Source of the DNA: Candidatus Electrothrix sp. GW3-4
GTDB lineage: Bacteria > Desulfobacterota > Desulfobulbia > Desulfobulbales > Desulfobulbaceae
Assembly: GCF_037902255.1 (NCBI RefSeq)
Contig: NZ_CP147990.1
Location: forward strand, 3,120,001 to 3,152,000
Direction: 5' to 3'
Length of the DNA stretch: 32,000 nucleotides
Made by a program: the position numbers and the translations under genes. Shown one piece after another: positions 1 to 8,393 of this stretch. The notes under the pieces are model-generated. The model did no database searches. It was given only the letters and a program-made list of their open reading frames with translations, and was not told the origin of the DNA. Positions within the stretch are counted from its first letter, which is position 1. Each line of letters opens with the position of its first letter.

Positions 1-29
1 ATTTAAAAGTACAAAACAAGGAGGCCGTT

Positions 30-338
30 ATGGCTGAAAAACACATGGAGAGTGTGAGGACGCACAAAGGGCATGATGAGGTGATTGCCGACAAACGGGG
101 CTTTCTCCGGTGGGCAGGGGCTGCACTGGGTATGGTGGTGGCGGCCGGTTGGACTGGAGCCGCGATCACAAAATCTGCCGAAAAAGTCGGCGATGTGAAC
201 GCCCGCGCCCGCTCCACTGAGGAGGATTTGCGGCAGCAGCAGATCATGACTGGCAAAAAATTAGTCATCATGCCCCAGGAAGAGAAGCAACAGATGCTTG
301 ACCGTATCCTGCGCAATCATTACCGGACGGTATCTTGA
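30..338 (+). CDS. small hypothetical protein with a Tat-signal-like or membrane-anchor N-terminus; first gene of the FeS/NrfD/cytochrome operon
   Basis: ATG at 30 with AAGGAGG 5 nt upstream. The KRGFLRWAGAALGMVVAAGW segment resembles a Tat signal or TM anchor. The next co-oriented gene starts 38 nt downstream. Confidence 0.55.
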   Translation: MAEKHMESVRTHKGHDEVIADKRGFLRWAGAALGMVVAAGWTGAAITKSAEKVGDVNARARSTEEDLRQQQIMTGKKLVIMPQEEKQQMLDRILRNHYRTVS

Positions 339-376
339 GCGAATTCAAAATGCCATATTAACGGAGGCAATATACG

Positions 377-1414
377 ATGTCGGAAGACAAAAGAAAAAAA
401 GATATCGCTGAAGGGCAAGACGACGGGAAGGCAAAAGAATCCCGCCGTGATTTCCTGAAGAAGCTGGGTGTTGCTACCGCTGCCACAACGGTAGCCCCGG
501 CAGCAACAGCCAAGGCAGGAAGCATTGCCGAAGCACTGCAGACGCACTTTCGCTTGATGAGTGATGACGAAAAGAAAAACGCCATTGCCCGCCTGGAAAA
601 ACGCTATACAGAGCAATTCAGTAAACAGGTCACAGTGGCTGACACGCCTGCCCCGGAGGGGGTCCTGTTCGGTTATGCACTCAATATCTCCAAATGTATT
701 GGCTGTCGTCGCTGCGTTGAGGCCTGCGTTCGGGAAAACAACCAATCCCGGGATCCTGCAATCCAGTGGATTCGGGTGTTGCGGATGGAACGAGGCAATA
801 ACACGTTCGAATTAAAAGAATTGAACGAGGGCTCTCCCAGCAGCAATCCCTTGGGAGACTACGGTATCCAATCCGGTGGCCATGCTGATAAGCATGTTGG
901 TCTTTCTGGCTCTACTGAGCATTACTATGAACCGGAGCAGGTTCCGGAAGACGATGCCATTTATTTTCCGGTACAGTGTCAGCAATGTGAAGACCCGGCC
1001 TGTGTCAAGGCCTGTCCGGTTCGGGCAACCTTTCGCGATCCCAATGGAATAGTCGTTATTGATTATAACTGGTGCATTGGCTGCCGGATGTGCCAGTTGG
1101 CCTGTCCGTATTGGGCCCGCCGCTTTAACTGGGGCGAACCGGTATTACCGAATGAAGACATGAATCCCAAGACCCATTATTTGGGGAACCGTCCTCGTAT
1201 GCGCGGAGTCATGGAAAAATGTACCTTTTGTTTACAGAGGGTCAGAGACGGACGCTATCCGGCCTGCGTGGAAGCCTGTCCTGTAGGGGCAAGAAAATTT
1301 GGCAACCTGCTTGATCCTAAAAGCGAAGTAAGGAAGATTTTGGCGACCAAGAAGGTATTCCGGTTTAAAGAAGAGTTTAACACCGATCCAAAATTTTTCT
1401 ATTACATGGACTAG
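377..1414 (+). CDS. Tat-exported 4x[4Fe-4S] ferredoxin-type oxidoreductase subunit (NrfC/PsrB/HybA-like)
   Basis: Twin-arginine motif SRRDFLKKLGVATAA. Four Cys clusters: CIGCRRCVEAC, CQQCEDPACVKACP, CIGCRMCQLACP and CTFC...CVEACP. GGAGG lies about 10 nt upstream of the ATG. Confidence 0.85.
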   Translation: MSEDKRKKDIAEGQDDGKAKESRRDFLKKLGVATAATTVAPAATAKAGSIAEALQTHFRLMSDDEKKNAIARLEKRYTEQFSKQVTVADTPAPEGVLFGYALNISKCIGCRRCVEACVRENNQSRDPAIQWIRVLRMERGNNTFELKELNEGSPSSNPLGDYGIQSGGHADKHVGLSGSTEHYYEPEQVPEDDAIYFPVQCQQCEDPACVKACPVRATFRDPNGIVVIDYNWCIGCRMCQLACPYWARRFNWGEPVLPNEDMNPKTHYLGNRPRMRGVMEKCTFCLQRVRDGRYPACVEACPVGARKFGNLLDPKSEVRKILATKKVFRFKEEFNTDPKFFYYMD

Positions 1415-1427
1415 AGGGGTATTACTA

Positions 1428-2690
1428 ATGACAATGAAAAAGCAAATAGCTTCAGCTTCTCAAAAGCCGATAGCTTTCGCCCGTGACTTTTTCAGCTATG
1501 CCATTAAAGGAGGAAACCTCTACTATGGCTGGCTGTTATTTCTTTCTTTTTTTGTAGTTGTAGGTCTGTACACCTCCTACGTGCAGATGACCAAGGGCCT
1601 CATCGTCACCGGGGCCACGGATCAAATCATTTGGGAGCTATTCATCTCCAACTTTATCTTTACCGCCCATATTGCTGCGGCAGCAGTGCTGGTGGTGATC
1701 CCCGCCTATATCTATAAGCGCGAAGATATGAAGCACCTGGCCGTTCTGGGTGAGATCATCGCCCTGACCTTCGTCATTATCGGCCTCAACTTCATCTTCT
1801 TTCACATGGGGCGCCCAGACCGTTTCTGGCACGCAATTCCAGGATTGGGTATCTTTAACTTTCCCAGTTCGATGCTCACCTATGATATCATCGTCCTGAA
1901 CACATACCTCGGAATCAACCTGGTGGCGGTTTCCTACTTGTTGTACAAGCGCTATCTTGGTCAGCCGATCAACACCAAGTTTTACACCCCGCTGATTTAC
2001 GTCGCCGTGGCTTGGGGGCCGTTGATTCATATCGTCACCGCCTTCATTCTCAGCAGCAACGCGGGAATCTCTGCCTGGCATACTGCGGTCCTCCCCTTTG
2101 CCTTTTTGTCTATGGCAGGTGCATCGGGATCCGCTCTGATCATTATATTTTTCCTTTTGATTCGTAAATTCAGCAAAATGGATATTGCTGACTCAGTGAT
2201 TGACTTCTTTTCTCAGGTCATTGTCTGGAGTTTGGGAATTATCATCCTGGTCTTTGCCTCTGAGTTTTTTACAGAACTGTATCCAGGCACCCATCATGCT
2301 GCTTCCCTGGAATACATGATACATGGTCACCACGGTCTGAATGCCTATGTTCCCTGGTTCTGGTGGACCATGGCCCTGATCGTGATTCCGTTCATCCTGC
2401 TGCTCAGCAGCAAAGTACGGAAGAGCTACAACTTCCTGTTACCGTTGATCAGCTTGGTGGTCTTCCTGATCATTCTGATCGAGAAACCGGCTGTCCTGGT
2501 CTTTCCGTCTTTCAGCCCGACCCCCTTGGGTGAATATGCAGTGTACCATCCAACCCTTATTGAAATCTTCAATGTCTTGTTTATTTGGGCATCTGGCTTT
2601 ATTATCCTGACCTTGCTCACCAAGGGTGCTATTGGCGTATTGACCGGTGAGGTACAAGATTCCCAAACAGTGGAAGGAGATGCGAAATGA
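1428..2690 (+). CDS. NrfD/PsrC-family polytopic membrane subunit (quinone-interacting)
   Basis: 420 aa, highly hydrophobic with many predicted TM helices. It directly follows the NrfC-like gene, which is the typical NrfCD/PsrBC order. Confidence 0.75.
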   Translation: MTMKKQIASASQKPIAFARDFFSYAIKGGNLYYGWLLFLSFFVVVGLYTSYVQMTKGLIVTGATDQIIWELFISNFIFTAHIAAAAVLVVIPAYIYKREDMKHLAVLGEIIALTFVIIGLNFIFFHMGRPDRFWHAIPGLGIFNFPSSMLTYDIIVLNTYLGINLVAVSYLLYKRYLGQPINTKFYTPLIYVAVAWGPLIHIVTAFILSSNAGISAWHTAVLPFAFLSMAGASGSALIIIFFLLIRKFSKMDIADSVIDFFSQVIVWSLGIIILVFASEFFTELYPGTHHAASLEYMIHGHHGLNAYVPWFWWTMALIVIPFILLLSSKVRKSYNFLLPLISLVVFLIILIEKPAVLVFPSFSPTPLGEYAVYHPTLIEIFNVLFIWASGFIILTLLTKGAIGVLTGEVQDSQTVEGDAK

Positions 2691-3580
2691 TTTCAGCGAG
2701 AAAATACGTGAGAGCAGCGATTTTCTTTGGCCTTTTTGCCTTAGTCACCGGCGGCTTACTCTTCCAACAAATGCCTGAAGAGGCTGTGGCACAAGATGCA
2801 GCACAAGACGATTCAGGGTCTGCCGCAGTACAAGAAGCCGCGCCCGATGCAACACCAGCCACATCTAATGCTGCATCGGTTGAGTGCTACGAGAGCATCA
2901 AAGATGCCACCAAGCTGCCAAAGGTGGATAATGTCGTCCCCAAATATGGTTATCCCAATGTGAAGTGTTCACCCACCACCGGAGCAGTCCTCTGGTACGG
3001 TGATCCCTACTATGGCACTGAACCCATGGGTGAGATGCCAAAATTCAACGATAAGACAGATGGTGACTTTGCCCAGGCAGTTATCAGGCCCCGTGTGGAG
3101 CACTTGAAAACACTCATTCAGACAAACATGCAGTGCAGCAGCTGTCATCCCGGTGCAGATCCGGCGACCCAGCAGAATGATCCTCGCCAGCTGATGATGC
3201 ATCAGGATATTATAGCTGATGCCCAAAACCTACAGCATGGTCGTGGGGCAATTTGGTGTTTTGATTGTCATAATGCTGCCAATCGTGACACCCTTGCTGA
3301 CCAGCAAGGAAATGAGGTCAGCTTTAATGAATCCCAGAAGGTCTGTGGGAGCTGTCACGGTGATATCTACAGCGACTGGCGGATGGGACTTCATGGCAAG
3401 CGTACTGGTGAATGGAAAGTCGGAGGGAAAAAACGGTGGTGGACCTGTACAGAATGCCATAATCCGCATACTGTTCAGGAACATCGCTTTCAGCCGATTA
3501 AGCCTGAACCGCCACCAGCTCTGCCCCGTGGTATGAGCGAAGACGACTTCAAGGGTGCTGACGAACACGGCGGTCATTGA
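2687..3580 (+). CDS. membrane-anchored tetraheme c-type cytochrome
   Basis: Four CXXCH motifs (CSSCH, CFDCH, CGSCH, CTECH). N-terminal hydrophobic anchor AAIFFGLFALVTGGLLF. The start overlaps the NrfD-like stop in ATGA, which suggests translational coupling. Confidence 0.8.
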   Translation: MISARKYVRAAIFFGLFALVTGGLLFQQMPEEAVAQDAAQDDSGSAAVQEAAPDATPATSNAASVECYESIKDATKLPKVDNVVPKYGYPNVKCSPTTGAVLWYGDPYYGTEPMGEMPKFNDKTDGDFAQAVIRPRVEHLKTLIQTNMQCSSCHPGADPATQQNDPRQLMMHQDIIADAQNLQHGRGAIWCFDCHNAANRDTLADQQGNEVSFNESQKVCGSCHGDIYSDWRMGLHGKRTGEWKVGGKKRWWTCTECHNPHTVQEHRFQPIKPEPPPALPRGMSEDDFKGADEHGGH

Positions 3581-3610
3581 TCCGTAGCAGCTTTCAAAGT
3601 AACGTTTAAA

Positions 3611-3639
3611 GGCCGGAGACAGCAGTCTCCGGCCTTTTT
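3611..3639 (+). terminator. rho-independent terminator of the cytochrome operon
   Basis: Perfect 10-bp stem ggccggagac/gtctccggcc with loop agca, followed by TTTTT. It lies 31 nt after the stop at 3580. Confidence 0.85.
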
Positions 3640-3643
3640 CATT

Positions 3644-3676
3644 TTCATTCTCCATCAATTCATACGAGGTGCAGAG
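3644..3676. repeat. 33-nt island repeat X, copy 1 (ttcattctccatcaattcatacgaggtgcagag)
   Basis: About 29/33 identical to 5148-5180 by manual alignment. It sits at the junction between the operon terminator and the AT-rich island. Confidence 0.7.
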
Positions 3677-3707
3677 TCCCTTTTAACGGGATAGGCTCTC
3701 TATTTAT
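3677..3707. repeat. island repeat Y, partial copy (tcccttttaacggg...ctatttat)
   Basis: Shares the ccttttaacggg core and the ctatttat end with 4041-4088 and 5259-5303. It abuts the stop of the 99-aa gene. Confidence 0.55.
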
Positions 3708-4003
3708 ATATAATTTCTTATAATCAAATAGAAAAACAGATATGCTATTACAGCATACATCAAAGTTCTAGAGTGCCTTAGGATATTATATTGAAGCAAG
3801 TAAATTTTTCTTTTAGCAGGGTTATTTACGCTATTTATTACTTCAATAAAATCATCAACTAAACATCCTGGTTTAATTCTAAAATCAAAGTTTCTTGACT
3901 TGTTTTCTAAGAACAAAACGAGTTGTATCAGCCCAATATTTATAGTTGCCAATGCAATGGTGAAAAACAAGATAAACTCTGCAAATGAATCAAGAAACTT
4001 CAT
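3704..4003 (-). CDS. small hypothetical membrane protein (about 2 TM helices)
   Basis: 99-aa ORF in the AT-rich island with hydrophobic N- and C-terminal segments. I recognised no known motif. Confidence 0.45.
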   Translation of the reverse strand: MKFLDSFAEFILFFTIALATINIGLIQLVLFLENKSRNFDFRIKPGCLVDDFIEVINSVNNPAKRKIYLLQYNILRHSRTLMYAVIAYLFFYLIIRNYI

Positions 4004-4040
4004 AGAGCACTAAGATTTTTAATTTCTCAATCGCTACATC

Positions 4041-4088
4041 TCTTATACGACTTGTTCCTTTTAACGGGGTACTAGATCCCCTATTTAT
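4041..4088. repeat. island repeat Y, full copy (tcttatacgacttgttccttttaacggggtac...cccctatttat)
   Basis: Near-identical to 5259-5303 apart from the hairpin loop. It lies 20 nt downstream of the stop of the 244-aa minus-strand gene. Confidence 0.7.
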
Positions 4089-4107
4089 TTTTGCAACAAT
4101 AATATAA

Positions 4108-4842
4108 TCAAGAAGACCTGTTGTTTTGCAATTCCTGCTTGGCATAATATTCAAATATACAAAGCATATTACAAGTCTTATACAGCATCAATACAAAACC
4201 AGTAAAAGCCCAAGGAAATGTCATAATATCAGAAAGTAAATTAAACATAAGGATAGAAATAAAAATATTAAAGCCTGTTAACCTATACAAATGCGCAGGT
4301 AAAATTTTCCCTTTAAAACTCTCTAAATAACCGGAAATAATAACCCAATCATCCGCTATAAAAAACAAGGCCCAGCTCAATGAAATTGTGACAGAATTAA
4401 CCATGTCATGCAGAGTGACATACCAAAGAGCCGTAATTGAATAGATATAAATTCCATATTGAGTAAACAGCATATGATTGTAAATCTCTGCATTACTAGA
4501 TAAATCATCATTTATGAAGCTACCACAACCGGTATAACGCAATATAGCGAATAACGCCTTTGTGCTAATCAACCAGCTTGCAACACGAAGACTCAGAATG
4601 CCATTCTGAAGTTCTCTGCTAATCACTGTGGTGAAATCACTATTGCAGAACTCTTGCAACAGAGTCATAGAAGAGAACGATAATGAAAATGTCCCAAGCG
4701 AGGCGACACTAAGCAATGAAAAAAATCTCAACCAATCGCGAAACTTTTCAAAAGAAAATTCTTTAAAGTTTAAGACAGAATAAAGTGTACCTATAAAAGC
4801 TAGACAAGAAAATGCTATCGATCCCATTATTATTGCAGTCAT
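4108..4842 (-). CDS. hypothetical polytopic membrane protein
   Basis: 244-aa ORF with multiple hydrophobic helices and AT-rich codon usage matching the island. I recognised no family. Confidence 0.55.
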   Translation of the reverse strand: MTAIIMGSIAFSCLAFIGTLYSVLNFKEFSFEKFRDWLRFFSLLSVASLGTFSLSFSSMTLLQEFCNSDFTTVISRELQNGILSLRVASWLISTKALFAILRYTGCGSFINDDLSSNAEIYNHMLFTQYGIYIYSITALWYVTLHDMVNSVTISLSWALFFIADDWVIISGYLESFKGKILPAHLYRLTGFNIFISILMFNLLSDIMTFPWAFTGFVLMLYKTCNMLCIFEYYAKQELQNNRSS

Positions 4843-5147
4843 TACCTTCTTACCTCAAGATGTCTACGTCACTGTTGCTTCGAAATGTGGTCTCTACCTG
4901 AGCGTCAAACTCTTTTGGAAGATCGACAGAAATACTATTTTCTGCAACCCTGCCGCATGTTATCCATCTGCTGATTTCTTGAATCTTTTTCTTGTGTTAC
5001 CTTTTGTGTATTGCATTAACCCAGCTAACGCCGTAAGAGGAAGCGGGACCAAACTTACAAGCAACAGTAACGCATAACGTCATATTACTTAGAATGATTA
5101 TAGATCATATCTTCCGGTATATCCAACTTCAGTTCTGTTATTTTCAT

Positions 5148-5180
5148 TTCATTCTCCATCAATTTATACGGAGTGCAGGG
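5148..5180. repeat. 33-nt island repeat X, copy 2 (ttcattctccatcaatttatacggagtgcaggg)
   Basis: Direct repeat of 3644-3676. The two copies bracket the 99-aa and 244-aa genes. Confidence 0.7.
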
Positions 5181-5209
5181 CACAGGAAATTATAATCAAG
5201 TGAATCAGA

Positions 5210-5365
5210 TTGATTTTGTTGCGTAATAGGTGGAAAGTTGGGTTAACATAACATCATCTCTTATGCGACTTGTTCCTTTTAACGGGGTACGTCCCCTATT
5301 TATGTTGATTTTGCTGTGTAATAGGTAGAAAGTTGGGTTAATATAACATTTCTTATGCGACATTT
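5210..5365. repeat. tandem duplication of a ~95-nt unit (ttgattttg.tg.gtaataggt.gaaagttgggttaa.ataacat..tcttatgcgac...)
   Basis: Unit 1 spans 5210-5304 and contains repeat Y at 5259-5303. Unit 2 starts at 5305 and runs into the 3' end of the DUF4145-like gene. The alignment is visible by eye. Confidence 0.7.
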
Positions 5366-6031
5366 CTATTTTACGGATTTTGATTGTTTATGTCTTGGCG
5401 GTACGACGATTTTATCTGCGTTAATTTTATTAATATATATTGATTCTATTATATTTTCCGTTATATCCATCAATTGAGTGAGATTGTCTTGGGTTGGCTT
5501 AAATTTTCTATGAATAGCTGCATGACCTGCCTGCAAAACAGAATTGATAGCCTCCTTTTGTATTTTGGAAATATATCCTTTAGACTCAAATTCGTTTAAA
5601 TTTTTATCAAACGTCCTTTGATCTCCGATACTTTCTATCATTATATTTTCTATTAATGCACGTATTCCCATTGCCGCCAAACGTGGCATATTCATCTTCA
5701 ATGCAATATATATTTCATCAATTAAATCTGCATTAGTATTGTCAGTTAGGCTTTGCCATATAATATGTATGAACCATTTAGGTTTTCTTCTAAATGTTAA
5801 TGGAGGGTAATATTCTTTATGACTTCCTTCAACTCCGTCTGTATCAAGACATAGCGATATATTTCCACAACCGCAACATTCAATTAATGAATATTTATAC
5901 TCCTGATAATACTGTGGACGATCATTCTCGAAATAATCCTCATCAATATATTCTTTGGAAAAAAGTACGATATGCCATGTATCTTGCGAGCATTTATTAC
6001 AATATTTTTTAGTTTTTTGCATATTATTCAT
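5366..6031 (-). CDS. zinc-ribbon plus DUF4145-like domain protein
   Basis: N-terminal CNKC...CCGC zinc-ribbon-like pairs. The C-terminal helical region (AINSVLQAGHAAIHRKF) resembles DUF4145. The family call is from memory only. Confidence 0.5.
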   Translation of the reverse strand: MNNMQKTKKYCNKCSQDTWHIVLFSKEYIDEDYFENDRPQYYQEYKYSLIECCGCGNISLCLDTDGVEGSHKEYYPPLTFRRKPKWFIHIIWQSLTDNTNADLIDEIYIALKMNMPRLAAMGIRALIENIMIESIGDQRTFDKNLNEFESKGYISKIQKEAINSVLQAGHAAIHRKFKPTQDNLTQLMDITENIIESIYINKINADKIVVPPRHKQSKSVK

Positions 6032-6042
6032 GAAATATTTTA

Positions 6043-6237
6043 TTATCCCATTCTCTTTTGATTCTCATCGATTAACTCCTCAAGAAGGAGTTTGGCAAGA
6101 AATTGATTATTTGACGAAGTTGAAGCCGTCCTGCTGCCTAAATTCACCGAAGACACAGTAAGAGTTTTACCTACAACAGTAGCTTCCCCAGTGAATTCTT
6201 TTTCGTTTTTTATTACCTTCACCTCAAATGTACGCAT
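6043..6237 (-). CDS. small hypothetical protein (64 aa), probably co-transcribed with the DUF4145-like gene
   Basis: I prefer the ATG at 6237 because AGAGGAAG lies about 8 nt upstream. The track ORF extends to 6288. The stop is 11 nt before the next gene's start. Confidence 0.4.
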   Translation of the reverse strand: MRTFEVKVIKNEKEFTGEATVVGKTLTVSSVNLGSRTASTSSNNQFLAKLLLEELIDENQKRMG

Positions 6238-6474
6238 GATTAAACTTCCTCTATTCAAATAATAATATTTTCTCTCAAAAAACATCAATTTTGTAAGTCA
6301 AAAAAAGTAAACAAAACATCGTTGGCGAAAGAACAAAAAGTAATCTTTCAGATATCACACCCCAGAATCAACCCCCGCACCATGCGGGTTGTAAATTCGG
6401 CTTGCAGCGTCAAATCCCCGACAACAATCATGCAAAACATCATTGCCGGAGATAATTCACCTTACTTTCCTTCC

Positions 6475-6930
6475 TTACCCTTCACCTCCCCCATCCTCTT
6501 TCTTCTCCTTCTTCCTCCCCGGCTTAAACGCCTTCATGAAATCAAGAAGAAACTTCCCTTCCTCGGCAATGTCAGGATACGCCTCGGAAAAGTCACGGAT
6601 ACGACGGGTGGAGTTGTAAAGCCCCTCCATACACCTGTCCGTGCCCCGCAGGCGTTGGTGATAGACCGACTGCTGTAATTTGTCCAGGGCATGTTCCCCC
6701 GGTTCAAGGCGCAGCACCTCGGCCAGTCCTTCCGTAAGGTCGGCAAGCACAGAGGCATCCAGATTCAGGGTTTGCCCGTGCTTCTGGACAAAGCGGGCAG
6801 CATCATCGGCTACGGCCTGATAGCCGGGCAGGGCCTTGTGCATCCCCTGGGCCTCGCTACCGTCCATGGGAGCGATGACCTCTACGTTCAGTACGGCGGC
6901 AAGCTGTTCGATCAGAGTTTGTTCGGGCAT
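6475..6930 (-). CDS. hypothetical protein with a Lys/Glu/Gly-rich C-terminal tail
   Basis: 151-aa ORF with AAGGAGG 6 nt upstream of the ATG at 6930. Its GC looks normal, unlike the AT-rich flanks. I recognised no motif. Confidence 0.55.
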   Translation of the reverse strand: MPEQTLIEQLAAVLNVEVIAPMDGSEAQGMHKALPGYQAVADDAARFVQKHGQTLNLDASVLADLTEGLAEVLRLEPGEHALDKLQQSVYHQRLRGTDRCMEGLYNSTRRIRDFSEAYPDIAEEGKFLLDFMKAFKPGRKKEKKEDGGGEG

Positions 6931-7441
6931 GACGTCCTCCTTGCGTTAATTTTGAAGAATAATTGCAAGCTATTGCGATACTTCCAATCTGTCAAGAATA
7001 AAAACTCTATCATCTCAGTGAGTTTGCAGGAAGAAAGAAAAGAGGAGAAAGTCTATTTTTTGTATAAAAAGATCAAAAAAATATATCTTTTTATCATTTC
7101 AATGTATCTGGATATATATTTTTTCTTTGTTTATAACAAAAAAATATACCTTCAGTAGCTCGCAACAGCAGGTATAAACCCCCTCAATCGCCTGCCAGTG
7201 TATAGAAATCCTGTTGTGGCACAGATAAAAATCTTTTTTTTGCGCTTACAAGCAGCCACCAATGAATCCCCCAGCCAATATTCCATCAGCAAAAAATAAC
7301 GTTCCTCGTCGCCATCCTCCTGTTCCATCACAACTGTTGTACTTCCAGAAGAATATGAATATACTGAGATCGAAATCATAACTGAGCACCGCCTGTTCCA
7401 TCTCATTACCATGCTCAAACAAGAGAAAAGATGAGAACATT

Positions 7442-8311
7442 ATGAAAACGAGACAATACGTATCCTTTGATTGGGCAATGAAACGACTCCTGCGCTCAAA
7501 AGCCAATTTTGGCGTCCTGGCAGGTTTTTTATCCGAACTCCTCAGGGAAAACATCACGATCCTTGAAGTTCTGGAGTCTGAAGCCAACAAGGACTTTAAA
7601 AAGCATAAAAAAAATGTGCTTGATCTGAAGGTGAAAAACTCCAGGGATGAGATTATCATCATTGAAGTCCAGTATGATCGCGACTACTCTTTTTTCCATC
7701 GCATCCTCTGGGGTACATCAAGGGTGGTGACCGAGCATCTTCACGAGGGGGATGATTATTTTCGGGTTCAAAAAGTCATCTCTGTTAACCTTATCTACTT
7801 CGATTTAGGGGAAGGCGAGGATTATATCTATCATGGCGTTACCTCGTTTCGAGGTATCCATAAAAACGACGTGTTGCGGCTCAGAGCCAATGAAAAAAAA
7901 GATCTCGGCAAAGACAGTGTTCACAAGATCTTCCCGGAGTATTACCTGATAAAAATAAATCGCTTTGATGATCTGGCAAAAGACACCCTTGACGAATGGA
8001 TATACTTTTTAAAAAACGAAGAGATTAAACCGGAGTTTACTGCCCAGGGCCTACAAGAGGCAGGAAGGGTTCTCGCCTATACCAAACTCAACAAAGAAGA
8101 ACAAATTGATTATAATAATTACATTGATACTCGTCGCCGAAGGGATAGTGAGCTTCGAACGAAATTCAGTGAAGGGCTTGAGGAAGGTTTGGAAAAGGGT
8201 TTGAAAAAAGGGCGGCTGGAAACTGCACGATCAATGAAAAAAGAGGGGATTCCTGGCGAAATTATCCAAAGATGCACCGGGCTTTCTCTTGACGAAATCA
8301 ATGGGCTCTGA
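7442..8311 (+). CDS. Rpn/YhgA-like PD-(D/E)XK nuclease family protein (recombination-promoting nuclease, annotated elsewhere as putative transposase)
   Basis: The N-terminus YVSFDWAMKRLL, the core DLKVKN...IIIIEVQ and the conserved C-terminal helix-rich tail are typical of the TIGR01784/Rpn family, recalled from memory. Confidence 0.7.
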   Translation: MKTRQYVSFDWAMKRLLRSKANFGVLAGFLSELLRENITILEVLESEANKDFKKHKKNVLDLKVKNSRDEIIIIEVQYDRDYSFFHRILWGTSRVVTEHLHEGDDYFRVQKVISVNLIYFDLGEGEDYIYHGVTSFRGIHKNDVLRLRANEKKDLGKDSVHKIFPEYYLIKINRFDDLAKDTLDEWIYFLKNEEIKPEFTAQGLQEAGRVLAYTKLNKEEQIDYNNYIDTRRRRDSELRTKFSEGLEEGLEKGLKKGRLETARSMKKEGIPGEIIQRCTGLSLDEINGL

Positions 8312-8313
8312 AA

Positions 8314-8337
8314 AAGAGGATGTCCTCCCATCCTCTT
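8314..8337. terminator. hairpin between convergent genes (possible bidirectional terminator)
   Basis: 9-bp stem aagaggatg/catcctctt with loop tcctcc. An A-run lies on the left and the T-run on the right is weak. Confidence 0.5.
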
Positions 8338-8393
8338 TCCAGAGAGCTTGCCGGAATACACCGACAGCTCAAAACATCAGTCAGATAAAATTC

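Noticed and set aside
3600-5400. Integron gene-cassette array with attC sites
   Set aside because: The ORF-plus-downstream-repeat layout is suggestive. However, I could not find convincing RYYYAAC/GTTRRRY core pairs in the orientation required for minus-strand cassettes, and no intI-like integrase is in the window. I kept it as a generic cassette-repeat finding to be tested with an attC model.
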